NCBI RefSeq assembly: GCF_963921235.1
Contig: NC_086107.1
Location: forward strand, 102,364,001-102,428,000
DNA: 64,000 nucleotides
Source of the DNA: Mobula hypostoma
Lineage: Eukaryota
Reading direction: 5' to 3'
Both the position numbers and the translations under genes were made by a program. Below, piece by piece: positions 1 to 14,837 of the stretch; positions within the stretch are counted from its first letter, which is position 1, and each line of letters begins with the position of its first letter. The notes under the pieces were generated by a model, which made no database searches, had not been told where the DNA came from, and saw only the letters and a program-made list of their open reading frames with translations.

Positions 1-3000
1 CAGTGAGAATGAATCTGGCTATCCATTCTATCAATACCTCTCATAATCTTATGCACCTCAATCAAGTCGCCCTTATCCTCCATTGCTCCAAAGAGAAAAA
101 CTTTAGCTCGCACAACAATTCCTCATAAAACGTGTTCTCTAATCCAGGCAGCATCCTGGTAAATCTCCTCTGAATCCTTTCTAAAGCTTCTACATCCTTC
201 CTATAATGAAATGGCCGGAAATGAACACAATACTCCAAGTGTGGACCAACTAGAGTTTTATAGACCTGCAACATTACCTTGTGGCTCTTAAACCCAATCC
301 CCCAACTAACTCAATATCCCAGGAGCTATGGTTTCTTCCTACAGCCAAAAACATGAAGGTTGGTAGCTTAATGGGGCATGGCATATTGCTCATCATATGT
401 AGAGGAGAGGTAGAACCTGGGTGGGGTGAGGAGTTGCTGGGAGTGAGGAAGTCCATTAGCATGGATTGGAAATCTAGCTGTCACTTATAAACAAACTTGA
501 AATAAATGAGACCTTTCCTGGCTGGAGTGTTTTAACAACTGGAAAATCCCAGGGGTCAATTCTTGACCTTCGGTTGTTTTGCTATTTATTTTAGTGACCC
601 AAGAATGGACTGAAACATGAAGTTGAGTTTGCTAATGATAAGAAAACTGGTGGAAGGATTTGTGCTGAGGACATTACAATGCGCTTGGAGAATATTCTGA
701 CTGGTTGCTTCACGGCCTGGTTTGGAAACACCAATGGCCAAGAACAGAAAAGCCTAGAGAAAGTGGTGGGTGTAGCCCACCCCACCACTGAGCACACCTA
801 CAAGGAGTGTTGCCACAAGAAAGCAGCATCCATCAAGGACAACCACCATTCAGGTCACGTTCCCTTCTTGCTATTGCCATTGGGAAGGAGCAACAGGAGC
901 CTTCAGTCCCACATCATCAAGTGCGGAACAGTTACTACCCTTCAACCATCAGGCTCCTGAACCAGAGTGGATAACTTCACTCACCTCAACATTGAACTGA
1001 TTCCACAGCCTACGGACTCATTTTGAAGGCCTCTAGAACTCATGTTCTCAGTGTTATTTATTTACTATTTAGTTATTATTATTAGGTTCTTTTTGTATTT
1101 GCAATTTGTTTTCTTTTGCAAGTTGGTTGTCAGTCTTTGTGTGCAGTTTTTCATTGAGTTACTGTGAATGCCCACAAGAAAATGAGTCTCAGGGTAGCAT
1201 ATGGTGACATATACATACTTGAATAATAAATTTACTTTGAACTTTGAAACCGCAATGATTTGGGCATAGAATGAGTGCTTTTTTTTTTGGAGGGGGTGAC
1301 CTGACAAATGGAGTTTAACACGGGGAAGTGTGAAGTCATGCACTAAAGCATGAGGAGAGAGGCTGTAAGTGAGTGAAGTTCAGTAGGTCTAGGTGCTTCG
1401 GTTCATGAATGGCAAAATGTTCGTAGGAAGGGACAACAAGTATTTAGAGGAGCAAACAGCACATTGGCTTTTATTGTGAAGTGGTGGCACTCTAGAAGAG
1501 AGGTGTTGTTACAGTTGTACATGGTGTTCGTGAGGCCACATCTTTAATACTGTGCAGAATTTAGTGTTAAGTGGTTAATTCACTAATAATAACTCTTTGA
1601 GATGGTTCCATGGGATGAAGAGTACACACCTACCTTCAGCTTAAATAACTCATCTGAAAGATGGCAGACCTTGACTTGAGATTGTCCAGTTCAGGCTCAG
1701 TTCTCTGGAGGGGGGCAAGCCCAAAAACTACAAAGTGAGGGGAAAATATCAACGTTTATCTAATTGCTCATTACGTTCTACAATGCACAAAATCAAGGAA
1801 TACCTTTTAAAGAGCTGTTAAGGTTGGTAGGAATATATGGCAACCAAATTATATCCCGAGAATTTCTGTTAACAGCAATGAAGTGAATGACCAATTTTGA
1901 TAGTGCTATGATTAAGAAAGGCTTGCCAAACTCACCAGAGATCTTCCTTTCAGTAATTCCACAGGATTCTTTCTTTTCAAGGCCTCGGACGTAATTGAAA
2001 AGTTCATCCAAATGACAAGGAAAATGTAAGCAGGTCAGGTAGCATCTATGGAAAGTTAAAACAGAATTAATACTTCAGGTCAAATAAATAATCTTTAATT
2101 CATATTACAGCAGTGCTAGGACAGTTAACAAAATGTCCCTCAAGCCTTTACAGACATCTTGCCAAAAAGATTATTGACTCTAAGAGGCAAAAACTTAGAT
2201 TTACAAAGGCTCTTAGCAATGTTTACAGATGAAATTCCATGGCTTAGGGCTATTGAAACATTGAAAATCTGGAGTTTGAACAGACAAGCATCACATGTTG
2301 AAATACTTTCACTCGCAGGAGGATCTCGAGCCAGGGGACACAATTTCAAGGGGTCAGTCAGTTAGAACTTCTCACTGTAGGTAGCAAATTTCTAGAATTC
2401 TCTCCCAGAGAGGTGTGGAGACCGCATTAGTATAAATATTTTAAAAAGTGTAAGAGAGTGTGTGTGAGTGTGAGCGCGCACGCGCAGAACACTTGAAAGA
2501 TCAAAGGATTGAGTGCTATGGGGACCTGGCACAGAGGAGGAAACCTGGGCAGATCAGTCACAATCATACTGAGTTATTGGCCGACGGCCTATTCCAGCCC
2601 CTATCTCCCTGTGCTCCTGCGAGCCAAACATTTGGGTAAAAAGAGATGGTGACCAAGAGACTGGTCAAAGAACTAGTTCTTACGGATGGGAAGGCACATA
2701 CATCAGAAATCTTCTGCCTGTGCATGTGTTACTCAGAGGATCCCACCATGGATTGAAACAGTCTACAGGATTCCTAATCAGCAGAGGGAGAATGCTTCTG
2801 ATTAAGTTCAGTGCCCAGTGAGAACTGAGCCATTGCATGCAAATTCAATCGTTGCTATATTTTAAATTAACAGCAGGAACTGCTGCTGGACACTTGGCCT
2901 ATAGAGATCGGGTTTCTCTCTGCTACTCCAGTATTCAGTGATCCAAACATGGAAAGCATCACACAGGCAGGCTCAGCAAGAACAGAGATGTGCTTGGGTT

Positions 3001-4469
3001 TAGGCCACAGCACCCCCCCACCTAATAATTCACTCACCTTCAGAAAGAACAGTCACTTAGCTCAGGTGTCAGACAGCAGGAGCCCAGACTTGTCTGTATC
3101 TGCAGTAGAGGAGAAACAAGCCCGTGATCTGGAATGTGCTGCCGTAAAGGGCGACAGAAGTGGATTGGATTCAAAGACAAATTCCAAGGGGGAATTTGAT
3201 AAACATTTCAGGAAAAATTATTAAGCATCGAGGAAGTGTAGGGGACCGAGACTAACCGGAAAAAGGCCTCCCAATGAGCTGGCAACAGCACAATGGACAG
3301 AAGGAACTTGCTTAGTCCTTCATGATGTCACAAAAGAGGCTGTGTCATTGTACTCCAAGTAAAAAGGGAAGAAAGGATGCAGGATTTTAATGATTTCAGA
3401 AAAAAAATGTATCATTGCTTTACAGCAATGCACACACAGAAAAGGACCACAAAGGCCAGAGCAGTTGCTCCGATTCCTTACATTTCCCTTGAAGAACAGC
3501 AGGAGGAATAAAGCATTTCAGATTCATCTGTAACTATTTACCTTCCTCTGGCTAAATATAGAAACTCTTACAGTTTGTCACAGTACGTTTATTAAACTGT
3601 CAAAGATACATTTTATTTTTAGTAAGCTGTCTCTCTCTTTAAGTTAACTTGTGGCTTTTAAGCCAGCTGTTATTCTGCTCCAGTTATTTGCTTCAGCTCA
3701 GACAATGACATCAAAGTCTTTGACCACTGGCAGAATCACAGCCGTGACAGATGTGGGCTCATCACAATCCCCTGTTGGTTTTCATGGATACCCAATAGTA
3801 GGGTTAATATTGGTCAATATCTACCCTCCCCGATAAAGATATTGTTTTGTAGATTGTCTTTAATCCGTTCAGACTGCTTCAAAGCACATTTCAGCTAATG
3901 AAGTGGAATCATCTGTAATGTAATCAGAAATGAGCTAGCCAACTTGTAGGGGAAGCAATAGCCAAGCTCAAAATCTTAGAAATGGCCAAGTCAATGGGCA
4001 AGGCAACGTTGCTGGTGGGACAAAATACTGGGAGAACATCCCTTCCTTCCTTTGCTGCAGTTATGTTTTTATGTTCTCTGAGAGGTCAGAAGATAGTCTC
4101 GGTTTAACAGTTCACCCAAAATAGCTGTATTTCCAATTGTGTGGCATTCCTGCAATGGACTGAGGAATAACACAGTTTATGTCCCGAAGTAGGACTTGAA
4201 ACAATGACCACTAAATGCTAACCGCACTGCCATCCCTACCTGGAGAGTTTTAGTGATGCTGCCATAGCAGACCCAAACATTGATCTTTAAACCAACAACT
4301 TTCACCAGCAACTTTGACGTGTGTTCATTGATCTTTAAACCAAGCTGCACTCTGCTTCAAATAACCAAACCCTCAGAAAGCTACATATGCTACTGCCCAC
4401 TTTCATTGCTGAACCAAATTACAATCCCTAAATCCCCTGATTATAGAAAAGGGGATTAGTCACATCTTC

Positions 4470-4518
4470 ACAGTAAAAGAAAACACAAATGATTGCTTTA
4501 AAAGTATGTGGGTTTATT
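4470..4518 (-). terminator. Candidate polyadenylation signal for L3MBTL2
   Basis: Minus-strand AATAAA (4518-4513), CA dinucleotides about 18 and 22 nt downstream, then the GU/U-rich tract TTTGTGTTTTCTTTT. Confidence 0.45.
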
Positions 4519-7500
4519 ACCTTGAATAAAATTCATTACAGTGATTTATATCTTTACAGATCAGTAAAATTGACAAATTGTAGTACAGATAGAAAATCTA
4601 TTGACTTTGAGAGAACAGCAACACGCCCTGACAAAATTACAAGTATAAAATATTAGTTTGTATACCTGTGTTTGAAGTATATAAAACTGTAGATATTTCT
4701 CCAGTGATTTTCCAAGTTGCATTGTGTTTTGGAACAGATACCAGTTCTTCCAAATCCTTACACGCAACCATGGGTGCCGATAGCACCTTTATTCATCACC
4801 TCATCTGAAAAATAGGACCTCCAAGGGCACAGCCTCACATTTCCACTCCACTGGAGCACAAGGCGGGATTACAAAATCAGATTCCTGTAATGTGTCCTGA
4901 CCACTCAATTTTGACTCAGCAATGAGATTGCTAATACAGTTGAATTTGTCTAGTACATTACATCAGATAATTAAATAACCAAATAAACTACTAACCAATA
5001 ATGGCAACCCAATTTCTGAAGCATATTGTGAATAGAGTGGTAAAATACACCTTGTGAAATTGCACCAGGCAATCTGGGGACAGCATCTCTGATGGAGAGG
5101 GCACTTCAAAGAAGGGAATCACCTTTATTCTATGACTTTCCAGTGGCCCACTTTCAATTCTAACTTCTCAAGAAATCCAGTCACACCATTAGCACATTGG
5201 GAAAATATGGAGAAAGACAGGGATGGGGGAGAAAAAACGGCAATAGCTACCAGTCTGCCCATTCACACAGATTGCTGAATCTTTGTGTGGCTGTTAGCTG
5301 AATTACTACCAATATAACAAAATCTAAAGGTTTATTCATTGTGAGGTGCAGGACTACCAAGGGGTCCCTTAAGTTATTAGGCACAATGTGCAGAAAACTT
5401 CTGTTCATCTGCATCTACATTACTCATTTATAAAAAGTGTGCAAGCTTTCACAGAAAAAGCTTCATCTCTTTACACACATTTAAAGAATGCATTTCGGAA
5501 CTTCAGCTAACACATGATACATACAAGACACAATTCCAGGCAACAAATTGAACATGATTTCAGGGGAATCTAGCAGAAAAAGACTTGTTAAAATGCTAAG
5601 AATCATGATTAAAAGCACATAATGCATCACCGCATTCTAGCTCCAGCGATCAACACTGATTGTATTAATTTATCTACATATTAAACACCAATGAAACCTG
5701 CCCCCCCCCCCACCAAATGACTGGTCTATTTTCTGGGGTTGAGGATTTAAGTTCTGGTTTATTTCATTACATTGCACGTACAATTGCTTCTACTCTCGAC
5801 CTTTTAATTCACTGTGTTTCAAAATAAACTCTGACTCCATAGACCAAAACTATTTCTAAGCATCCCTCATGTAAACCATCCAAGATGCTTGGATGCTTTG
5901 TTATAGCTTGTTTGGTTTCAGTGTGAGAAAACTCAAATCATGCACAAAGTCCCTTGCCAGGACATTAAGATGGGCTGAAAACAAAAATAGCTTAGATCTG
6001 AGAAAGGTGAGAATAAATCAAAGTGCCAGAAATATTCAGCAATTGTGACAAAAGAAAGAACTTCTTTCCCACAGATGCTGCCTGAACTGCTGAGAATTTC
6101 CAGCACTTTGCTTTACCTAATGATATGGTTGTTGGAGGATGGAAAATGGTATACTGACATAAAACCTGCAGCAATACATCATCAGTACAGCAGCGGAGGA
6201 ATATTGTATCATTTCTTAATGCATGCATTACTAAATGACAATAAAAGAGGATTGCGTGTCCTCATAATCTAATCTAACTCCTTACCCAAATTGAAATAAA
6301 AAATATTTTGCCAAGGTCTTTGGAGAGCAGCACTCCTCAAAAGTGTACCTTCTCAAACAAAAATTACACAACACTTGAAATTTCATCCCTGGACAGTAAT
6401 AAATAGACTAATGACATGATGAATATAAATATTTCACTAAGCAAAAGAGTTCTGAACCTTGTGTTCGCAGTTACCTTTTTGCCATAGTGAATTACTTTAA
6501 TAGAAAAGGCTCAGCCAGAAGAGCCATTACCTCATAGTTCAACAGCCCAAATTCATTCCTGACCCTGCATGCTGTCTGTGTGGAGTTTAAATGTTCTCCA
6601 TGAGACTGCATGGGTTTCCTCTTGGTGCTCCAATTTCCCACCCCCCCCCCAACCCCCAATATCTGAATGACATGGAGGGAGATTGGTTAATTGGCTGCTG
6701 TAAATTGCTACAGGTGTGTAGGCGAGTGGCAAAATCTGGAAGGGAGCTGATGGGAACGTGGGGGAGAGTAGAAAGTGTAAGATTAGTGTGAATGGGTGCT
6801 TTACGGTTGGCAATGGTTTCAGTGTACCGAATCACTGGAGCTGTGAGACGGCAGTTTTAGCAGCTGCACCTCTGCACCCCCAACTGCTGCATGATTCAAT
6901 TACAAATGCAATGAGGACCAGCGCCTCAGAACCTCACTGGATGCCGTGCCCAAAGTGAAGGCGCTGCAGCGAGGACACTAGAAAGTCAGGAACAGTCAGC
7001 ACCAAGGAAGAGAGAAGCAGTGACTACTACTCGGATTGATGACTTTTCACTAGAGCTGGGAAATGTTAGAGAAACAGCAGGAGGAAGGCGGGGGAGGGAA
7101 AAGCGAGCTTGGAACAAAAGTAAAAGCTTGCGATAGGATGGTTAATGAGAGAGGGGATGATTAGCACAAGATGAAAGGGATGGGTGCAACAACAGAACAA
7201 GTGTAAAAAAAAATGATTGGCCTAAACGATTTGTAGCTGGGAGAAGCAGGCTCATTACCTGAAATAAAGTAATTTTGAAACACTGAAATGAAAACAAATT
7301 GCTGGGAATGCTCAACATCTGAGAGGTTCTACAGCAGATAGAGCTGAGATATTCAGTTGATCACCCTGGTACGTGGATGGGGGTAAATGGGTGATTGATG
7401 ATTAGCAGTGGGCTGACTTTAAAACTCGAATCAGATTTGCTCTAAGTGACTGAAGTTGTTTTATGTACGTTATTTATATGCAACTATCCTTCACTCACTG

Positions 7501-10033
7501 TTTTCCTGGGTAAATGAATCTCCCAGTAGTAGGGAGAAGTTTGGTATTACTCCTATTTAAAGAGGCTGCCTTTCGGGGAAAAAACCCAGAAAATGTTAGA
7601 AGCCTTCAGCAGATCAGTCTGCAAAAGTGGAAAGAGGAGCAGAGTAAAATCTCAGGTTAAAACAAAGGGTCTTGAAACCGATGCTTGCTTCCCCCGCTTT
7701 AAAAGTCCTGGATCTGAAATACAAACCAGTTCACTTTCCACAGGTGCTGAGTTTCCAGCATTTCCTGTTTTTAAATCCTAGACTTCCAGCATTTGTAATT
7801 TATTTTTCATTTACTTTTTGAATAAAATGATTTCGTTGGCTGTATTATAAACCATTTGCTCCATCATACAGTATATGCTGGCTCATTCAACTCGCAGGCT
7901 GACAATAGATACTGTTAAAATAAATGGAAGAACTAGAGAAATTATTTTGCAAAGTATTATTCTCATCAGACATACAACTCCTGAAGAGATGGTGGAAATC
8001 AAGTTCCACTGGAACATTCAAAGACAATTGTATGTACATATAATGGGGAGAAGACTGAAATTTAGGGTGAAAACTGGACAGGTCAGTGCAGAAAACTGAT
8101 GTGAGATTCTATGGATGCTTGGAAAGAGCATTTCAAATTGTCAGATTATTAAGATGATGGTTTGTTCCCATAATATGGTGTTTGGCCCATATTACAGTTC
8201 TCTCTATAAAAATGGCACATAACCCAATTTAAGATCTTTGAGGATCAGTAATTTCACATCAGGCTTGGGTACCAGCCTTGCACTGAATGAAAGAATTAAT
8301 GAGTCACACAGCTTTGGAATACAGTAAACCAGCTAAAAACAGAGTACATCACCCAATGAATGACATATCTTAAGTTCTAAGCCACATTTTGGAATGATAT
8401 GGAACCCACACACTTCAAAGACTGAGTTTCCCCTCAATACATACAAATTTTCTTCCTCCACCCTGCATAAAAAACTGCATTTCCATTGCACACCCTTCAG
8501 AACTCCTAAAGAGCTTTATAGACGATGAAAACCACCTTCTTGTACAGTGGTGTTAATGTAGGAAGTGCAAGTGCCAATTTGTTCCCAGAAACAGCGGTGT
8601 AAAGAAAGGCCACGTAAATTTGATCAAGGGATTAAATTTGACCAGAGAGAATTCTCGTACTCTACACTGAAGTAGATCCATTTGATCTTTCACATGCAAC
8701 TGATGGCTGATAGAACTTCAGTAGTATGCCTCACCTGAATGACTAGAACCACTCAGCGTTGCAATCAAGCATCAGACCCAGCTATGTACTTAGATCCTCG
8801 GAGACATTCACAATAAGTGGCTCTTTGAAAGGAAATAAAGATTGTTCTGGGCTACGCCAGGTTCGTTTCATGCACAATGTCTTGATATTCTTGTTCAAGT
8901 TCTCTACTTGCTTACTGACCTTTTCTGCTCTGGTTAAAACTCACCCAAGGTTTAAAAAAAAAGAACTTCTAGCCCTTCTCTCCCATTCATAGATCAGCAA
9001 GTTTATACAATAAGAAACTGAGGTATGTGGGACACACCAATCCCAGGCTGATGATGGTCTCCACCAGAAAGGCAAGGAGGAGACCAAGTTAGCCAAATAT
9101 CCCTACCTCGAATCATCCCACAGAAGAATACTGGAGTAGCTGCATCCCACCACCACCCAACTCCAGATCAGGTCACTGGACCACTGAAAAGCCCGCTAAT
9201 GGCTGTTATGCACATCACAAGCCACCAAGTGGTCAAGCTTCTGGTAAGTGATGGCAACCATGTGGTCAAGCACAGAGAACTTTAAATGGAAGGGAAGATG
9301 ACCAGATCTCACATTCACAGTACTGAACTACACAGACCACAGAGCCCCCAGTTTCATTGTCTGTCTTGACTAAAGACCTGAAATTAGCAAGGACAAATAT
9401 AGGAATCACCAGAGGTGGTTTTTAACTGGTTCTGAATAAAGGACTCAAGGGAATTAAAAGCTGGATCCTACTGCCAACCACAAGAGAGGCATCGCATCAA
9501 CAGTGCAATGCAGAAACAGTGATTGATATAGCTATGTGAGTAGTTGAATGATTCACATCTATCTGCTCTCCACACATGCATACAAAGAATGACCACTTGG
9601 GTGTGATAGAGGGCAAAGGGGCCTCAGAATTAGGAAATGTGTTTAAATGTAACATGATGGGTGGTAATATCAATTGAAAAGAAATTGTACAATATTCTGA
9701 TGTTATTTTTTGTAAAGCACTCTCAGACCAGCTTCTGAAACACTCTCATATAATTACTTCAGCCATGATATTTCTAGCCTATTACAGCAGAACTCTTATT
9801 AATAAATCATAAGCCTTTTTGACAGCACAGAATTAGTATCACAAGAGCCCCAGTACATACTTAGAGGAGGATTCCAGTCCTAGCCAGTTTAAACCAGCCT
9901 GCTTCACCGAACTCAGCTTCCAAGGCTGGGGCCCGTGACCGCTGCATTTGCTCTCCAACAGCAGTCGCTAAATTGAAGAAACTTACAGGGTGCAGAGGTG
10001 GCCAATTCACACCAGCGCTGAGTCAAGAGTGGG

Positions 10034-10140
10034 TCAGTCATCTGGCTCCTGCTTGAGGTTTTCAGGGGGGAGCGGCATGCTGGCGGGATCCAATGATGCT
10101 GGAAACTCAATGGTTTCTTCTTTCACTTGCACTTCGATGA
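10034..10140 (-). CDS. L3MBTL2: L3MBTL2 last coding exon with stop
   Basis: Acceptor ttctctccccag, TGA at 10036-10034. IIEVQVKEETIEFPASLDPASMPLPPENLKQEPDD*. Matches the recalled L3MBTL2 C-terminus (VKEE...ENIKQETDD) with two psi-KxE SUMO-type motifs, which favours L3MBTL2 over MBTD1. Confidence 0.88.
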
Positions 10141-11894
10141 CTGGGGAGAGAACAGAACATCTTTTCAATAGGTTGTTCAGCCTATTGGCCTGTTGAAAAA
10201 TGTTAACAACCAGCAGCAGGGGCATCACAGCTCAGCGACACAAGCTCATTGTTCCCAGCGTGGAGACAAGCTTCCCAAGAGAGCTGCTCTGGACTCACCA
10301 GCACAGCAAAGTGCTGCTGTGATACTGGGATTTGGAACACCTGCTAAATGACTAGCAAGTTATGTCATAGAAAGAGCTGCTCGTCAGACTGATTTCCTTG
10401 CAAAGGTTGACATCATTTTATATACGAAACGTTTGATTCTTGTATTCAATCCCTCAGTGGCTTCAGTTGATGCTGGAGGATCTCAGCAGGTCAGGCAGCA
10501 ACAATGGAGGGGAAATGGACAGTTGATGCTTCGGGTCGAGACCCAGATGAAGGATCTCGAGCCAAAATGCCAACCGTCCATTTCCCGCCACAGAAACCGC
10601 CTGTCCCGCAGAGTTCCGCTGGCATCTTGTTTGTTGCTGAAGGCTCCAGCTCTGCACTCTCCTGGCTTCACTTGGTTACACATTTATTTTTTTTAAATTG
10701 AGACACAGGCCCTTCCAGCCCTTCGAGCTGTGCTGCCCAGCAATCCCCCAAGTTTATCTGAGCCCAATCACAGGACAATTTACAATGACCAATTGACCTA
10801 TCAACTGGTACATCTTTGGATTGTGGGAGGAGACCAGAGCACCTGGAGGTCACAGGGAGAATGTACGAATTCTTTACAGGGAGCGGCGGGGATTCAAACC
10901 GGGTTGCTGGTACTATAAAGCATTTTGCTAACCATTACGCTACCGTGCCGCCCTAATATCGAGGAACAGATATACAGGCAGCTTCGGGAAAAATGTAACC
11001 TCCTTCAGCACTTCAAGCCTCAGAGTTCCACACACCTCCAACAACGGCACCTTGGAAAAAGCCACTTCTCTCACTTTGCATTTGGCACTGGACATCTAAG
11101 CAACAAACCCCAACCACCAAAGTTCTGTCCCTGATGTTTTTCAGCTCTCTAGAGATGCTGTTTTAAAAAAAAAATCCCTGACCAAGCATTTATTCACAGC
11201 CCTAACATCTCCCACTTAGGTTTGCTGCCCAGTGATACTCCTGTACAGCAGCTGGGATAGATTTTGCCTTTTGAAGATACTAAGATTGTGTAGTAATTCC
11301 CTTGCTCTGTGCTACATGGAGCAGGGAGCAACTTACTCCATTTGTGTTATGCTTTGGAGAGGGTGCAGAAGAGGCTTACCAGGATGCTACTCGTAACTAG
11401 AGAAAAAGTTTAGACAAACCTGGGTTGTTTTCTCTGCAGCAAATGGAGGCTGACAGAAGAGCTGATAGAACTTGTAAGATTGAGAGGATTGAGCAGACAG
11501 GGTTTATTCAGGGTCAAAAAGTCTAATGCCAGAGGCCATGAATTTAAGGAGAGGGGTCAAGTTCAAAGGAGATGCATGGGGCAAGTATCTCACCCTCTGC
11601 ATGCCACCTTGGCTGAACAGAGGAGCACTTTCAGTAATAGACTAAGACAACTGCGCTGCTCTAAACAGCACGATGAGGTCATTCTTACTCTCGGCCGTTA
11701 GGCTCTATAATGAGTCACCCTAAAGCTGGGGAAGTAATGACCCCCTCCTGTTAGCCTGTTTAAGATAACTTACTTTTATTTATTCTTCTTACTTATCTAA
11801 TACTGTATATCTGTGAACTTGTAATGCTACTGTGACACCGTAATTTCCCTTGGGATCAATAAAGCACCTATTTTTCTAAGTCCACCCCCCCCAC

Positions 11895-11953
<59 letters not shown>
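11895..11953. repeat. Compound (CT)n(CA)n microsatellite; a second (CA)n lies at ~12558-12584
   Basis: Seen directly in the sequence. Confidence 0.95.
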
Positions 11954-11956
<3 letters not shown>

Positions 11957-14744
11957 GGTGGGAACCTGGAGTATACTGCCAGGGATGGAAATGGAGGTAA
12001 ATGCTACAGAGGCATTTAAGAGGCTCAAAGGTTGATGTGCAGAAAATGGAGGGATATGGAGATTACGTAGGTAACAGGGATTAGTTTAGTTATGGGCATT
12101 TAATTACTAGTTTAACTAATTCTGTACAGCATGGTGGGCCAAAGGCCTGTTCCTGTGCTGTACCATTCAATGTTCTTTTTGCAGTCAGCAGTTATTGGGA
12201 ATGATTGTAGTGTTATCTGTGTGATCCACCTTTAGTTTTATTAAAAATTCACCTACAGTTCCTTTTGCCTTTTACTACAATCCTCCTGCTTAATCCCACC
12301 GCTTTTTCCCCTTGTTCTACGATTTTTCTCCCACCCCAGCTTTCCACACTTCTAGATTTGCTCCAAGTTGGATACCCATCTAACCTTTGCTGATGAAACA
12401 TTTGAATTTACGATGTTAATCCTTTCCCCGGAGGTAGCCCAAATTATTCTAATCTTCACTGTTATTTCAGATATACAGGAGATGTGCATGCACAACCAAA
12501 AACACGGTGAAACTATTTTATAAACAGATTAGAGCAAATCAGTCCAGATTGTTGTTTACACACACACACACACACACACACACAATGCATTATCTTAATA
12601 TTAGACCTAAACCACTCAGAATGATACCAGGAAGCACAAGCTCACACAAGAGGAAATAGAAATATGAAACTCTTCCTCTGCCGAAACAAAAAGCCATTGA
12701 GTTTTGCTTCAGTGCACAATTTAAAAATTACGATTAACTGAACCTAGTTTATTTATTTTTCAGATCTAGTTATAGTCAACAGATTGATTTATTTATTGCC
12801 TTTTTTTTAAAGTGGCGTTGAGACGTGGGTAGTGAGTTGCTGCCTAGGACCTAGACAGTCTTTCTGGTGAAGGTGCTCCTGCAGTGTGGAGGAGTTCCAG
12901 GATTTACTCAGTGGTGATGAAGGAACAGATGCATCTGCAGGTCAAGATGCTGTGCAACTAGGTGGTGGTTCTGGTGTCATGCGTCAAATGCCCTGTCTGT
13001 CCTTCCCGATGGTAGAGATGGGGGAGGGGTGGGGGGGGGTGGAGGTTAGAACTGTTGTCAGAAGAGCTTGGCAAGAAACTGCAATGTACTTTGCATGTGG
13101 CATATACAGCAGGCATTGTGTGCTAGTGGTGAATGATAACAAGAGTTAAGACAACTGGGTAAACCGAGAGGATGTTGTATTTTATATGAGCAATAGGAGA
13201 GCCTCGAGGCTGAATAGCCTGCTCCTGTGCATCATTTTCTTACATGTCCACATAGCCCCAAATCCTTTATCTTCATTCATATAATCTTCTTCACTAAAGG
13301 GAATTTTATCTCACTCGTGGATCCTGCACCTGAGACTCTGCATGAAGAATGGTTGTGGCTTTAATCTGTGCCGCTCACATTTCTGATCTTCACTGCAAGT
13401 GATTTGCTGCCGTCTAACCTGCATCATCTTTGTATCCATTTATAAAGTTCTTTTCTATCAAAGTTCAAAGTAAATTTATTATCAAAGTACATCTACAACC
13501 CTGATAATAATGATCTTGCGGGCATACTCAATAAATCCATAGTAGAATAACTAGAACAGAATCAATGAAGGTTCGCACCAACTTGGTCACTTAACCAGTG
13601 AGCAGAAGGCAACAAACTGTGCAAATATAAAAATAAATAATAAATAAATAAGCATCGAGAACGAGATGAAGAGTCCTTAAAAGTGAGACAAAAAATAATC
13701 TTCTGAGCCTTCCTTTATGCCTGTGATTCCATACGACATACTAAAGTGGACAAAACCCATTACTTGTGATATTGACAATATCACTATATGAACAATTCAC
13801 AAAAAAAAACCTGATAAATGTTTGGCCTTCCACTAATAATGTGGGATGGGAGTGAAATATAGTTCTAGAATGCATTTAGCTTTTCTGTTAACATTAGTAA
13901 ATAGCAGGAATGACGTCTTTAAGTCTTTAAACTCACTTTTCTGTTTCTTTCTGATCCATATGATCAGAACGAAAGAGTTGTCCCCTATTGTCCAGAACTA
14001 GGGAGACTGTATTTCAGTGAGGTAAGGTTGGGTACTGGTGAGATCTCATCTGGTCTACTGTGTACAGCATCGATGTGTTTAAGGACACATATTTATGCAT
14101 GGCAAACTGTTCAGAGAAGGCTTACTAGATCTGCAATGAAGGTTCATTTTACAAGATTAGATAGTCTAGGCTTGTATCCTCTGGAGCTGGGAGAGTGAGC
14201 GGGAGGTTTGATTGAAACATACAAGATCCTGAAGGCCTTATACAAGGTAAGCGCAGAGAGAATATTTAGCTTGTAACAGAGAGCCACTGCTTAAAAATAA
14301 GAGGCCACCACCAGCTTAAGAAGGATGAAACAAGTGAGTCTTTGGAATTCCCTTCCACAAGGAGCAATGGAAGCACATGTGTTCAAGGTTTTTAAGGTAG
14401 GTGCAGATAGATTCTTGGGAAGTGGTGAAAAGTACCCTTGCAGACAGGAATATGGAATTGTAGTTACCATCAAATCAATTAATCTTACTAAATGAGGGAG
14501 CATGCTTGAAAGACGTGCCTACTTCTGCTCCTCAAATCCTCCAAATAATTATATAAAATTACATTTAACAGGGATTTGTTACAGTATTACAGAAAGTCTT
14601 CTCAACCATATACCATTTGACATTTGAGCCATTTAACGTGGCCGCAATGAAAAAGCTATCTATAGTATTTTCCCTTTTGGATGCTGACTAACTTGCTGGG
14701 TGCTTCCAGCTGTTTTCACTATCAGAAGACTTGATTTTTCTTAC

Positions 14745-14837
14745 TTTTATCGTCAACTGGCTCTTCCTTTGCTTTTATTTTGGATAATGCTCTTGATTTG
14801 CCCTTCATTCCACGGTTCATCAGCAGCACCTTCTTCC
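14745..14837 (-). CDS. L3MBTL2: L3MBTL2 penultimate coding exon
   Basis: cttttcag/gtaag, 93 nt, phase 1->1. RKKVLLMNRGMKGKSRALSKIKAKEEPVDDK; keeps frame between neighbouring exons. Confidence 0.78.

Noticed and set aside
9855..9863. Possible 3'UTR splice donor TAA|GTATGT about 170 nt after the stop
   Set aside because: No partner acceptor or exon identified; the motif is common by chance.
1..10000. CHADL coding exons on the plus strand
   Set aside because: No leucine-rich-repeat or recognisable C-terminal sequence found; ORFs such as 2949-3224 lack support.
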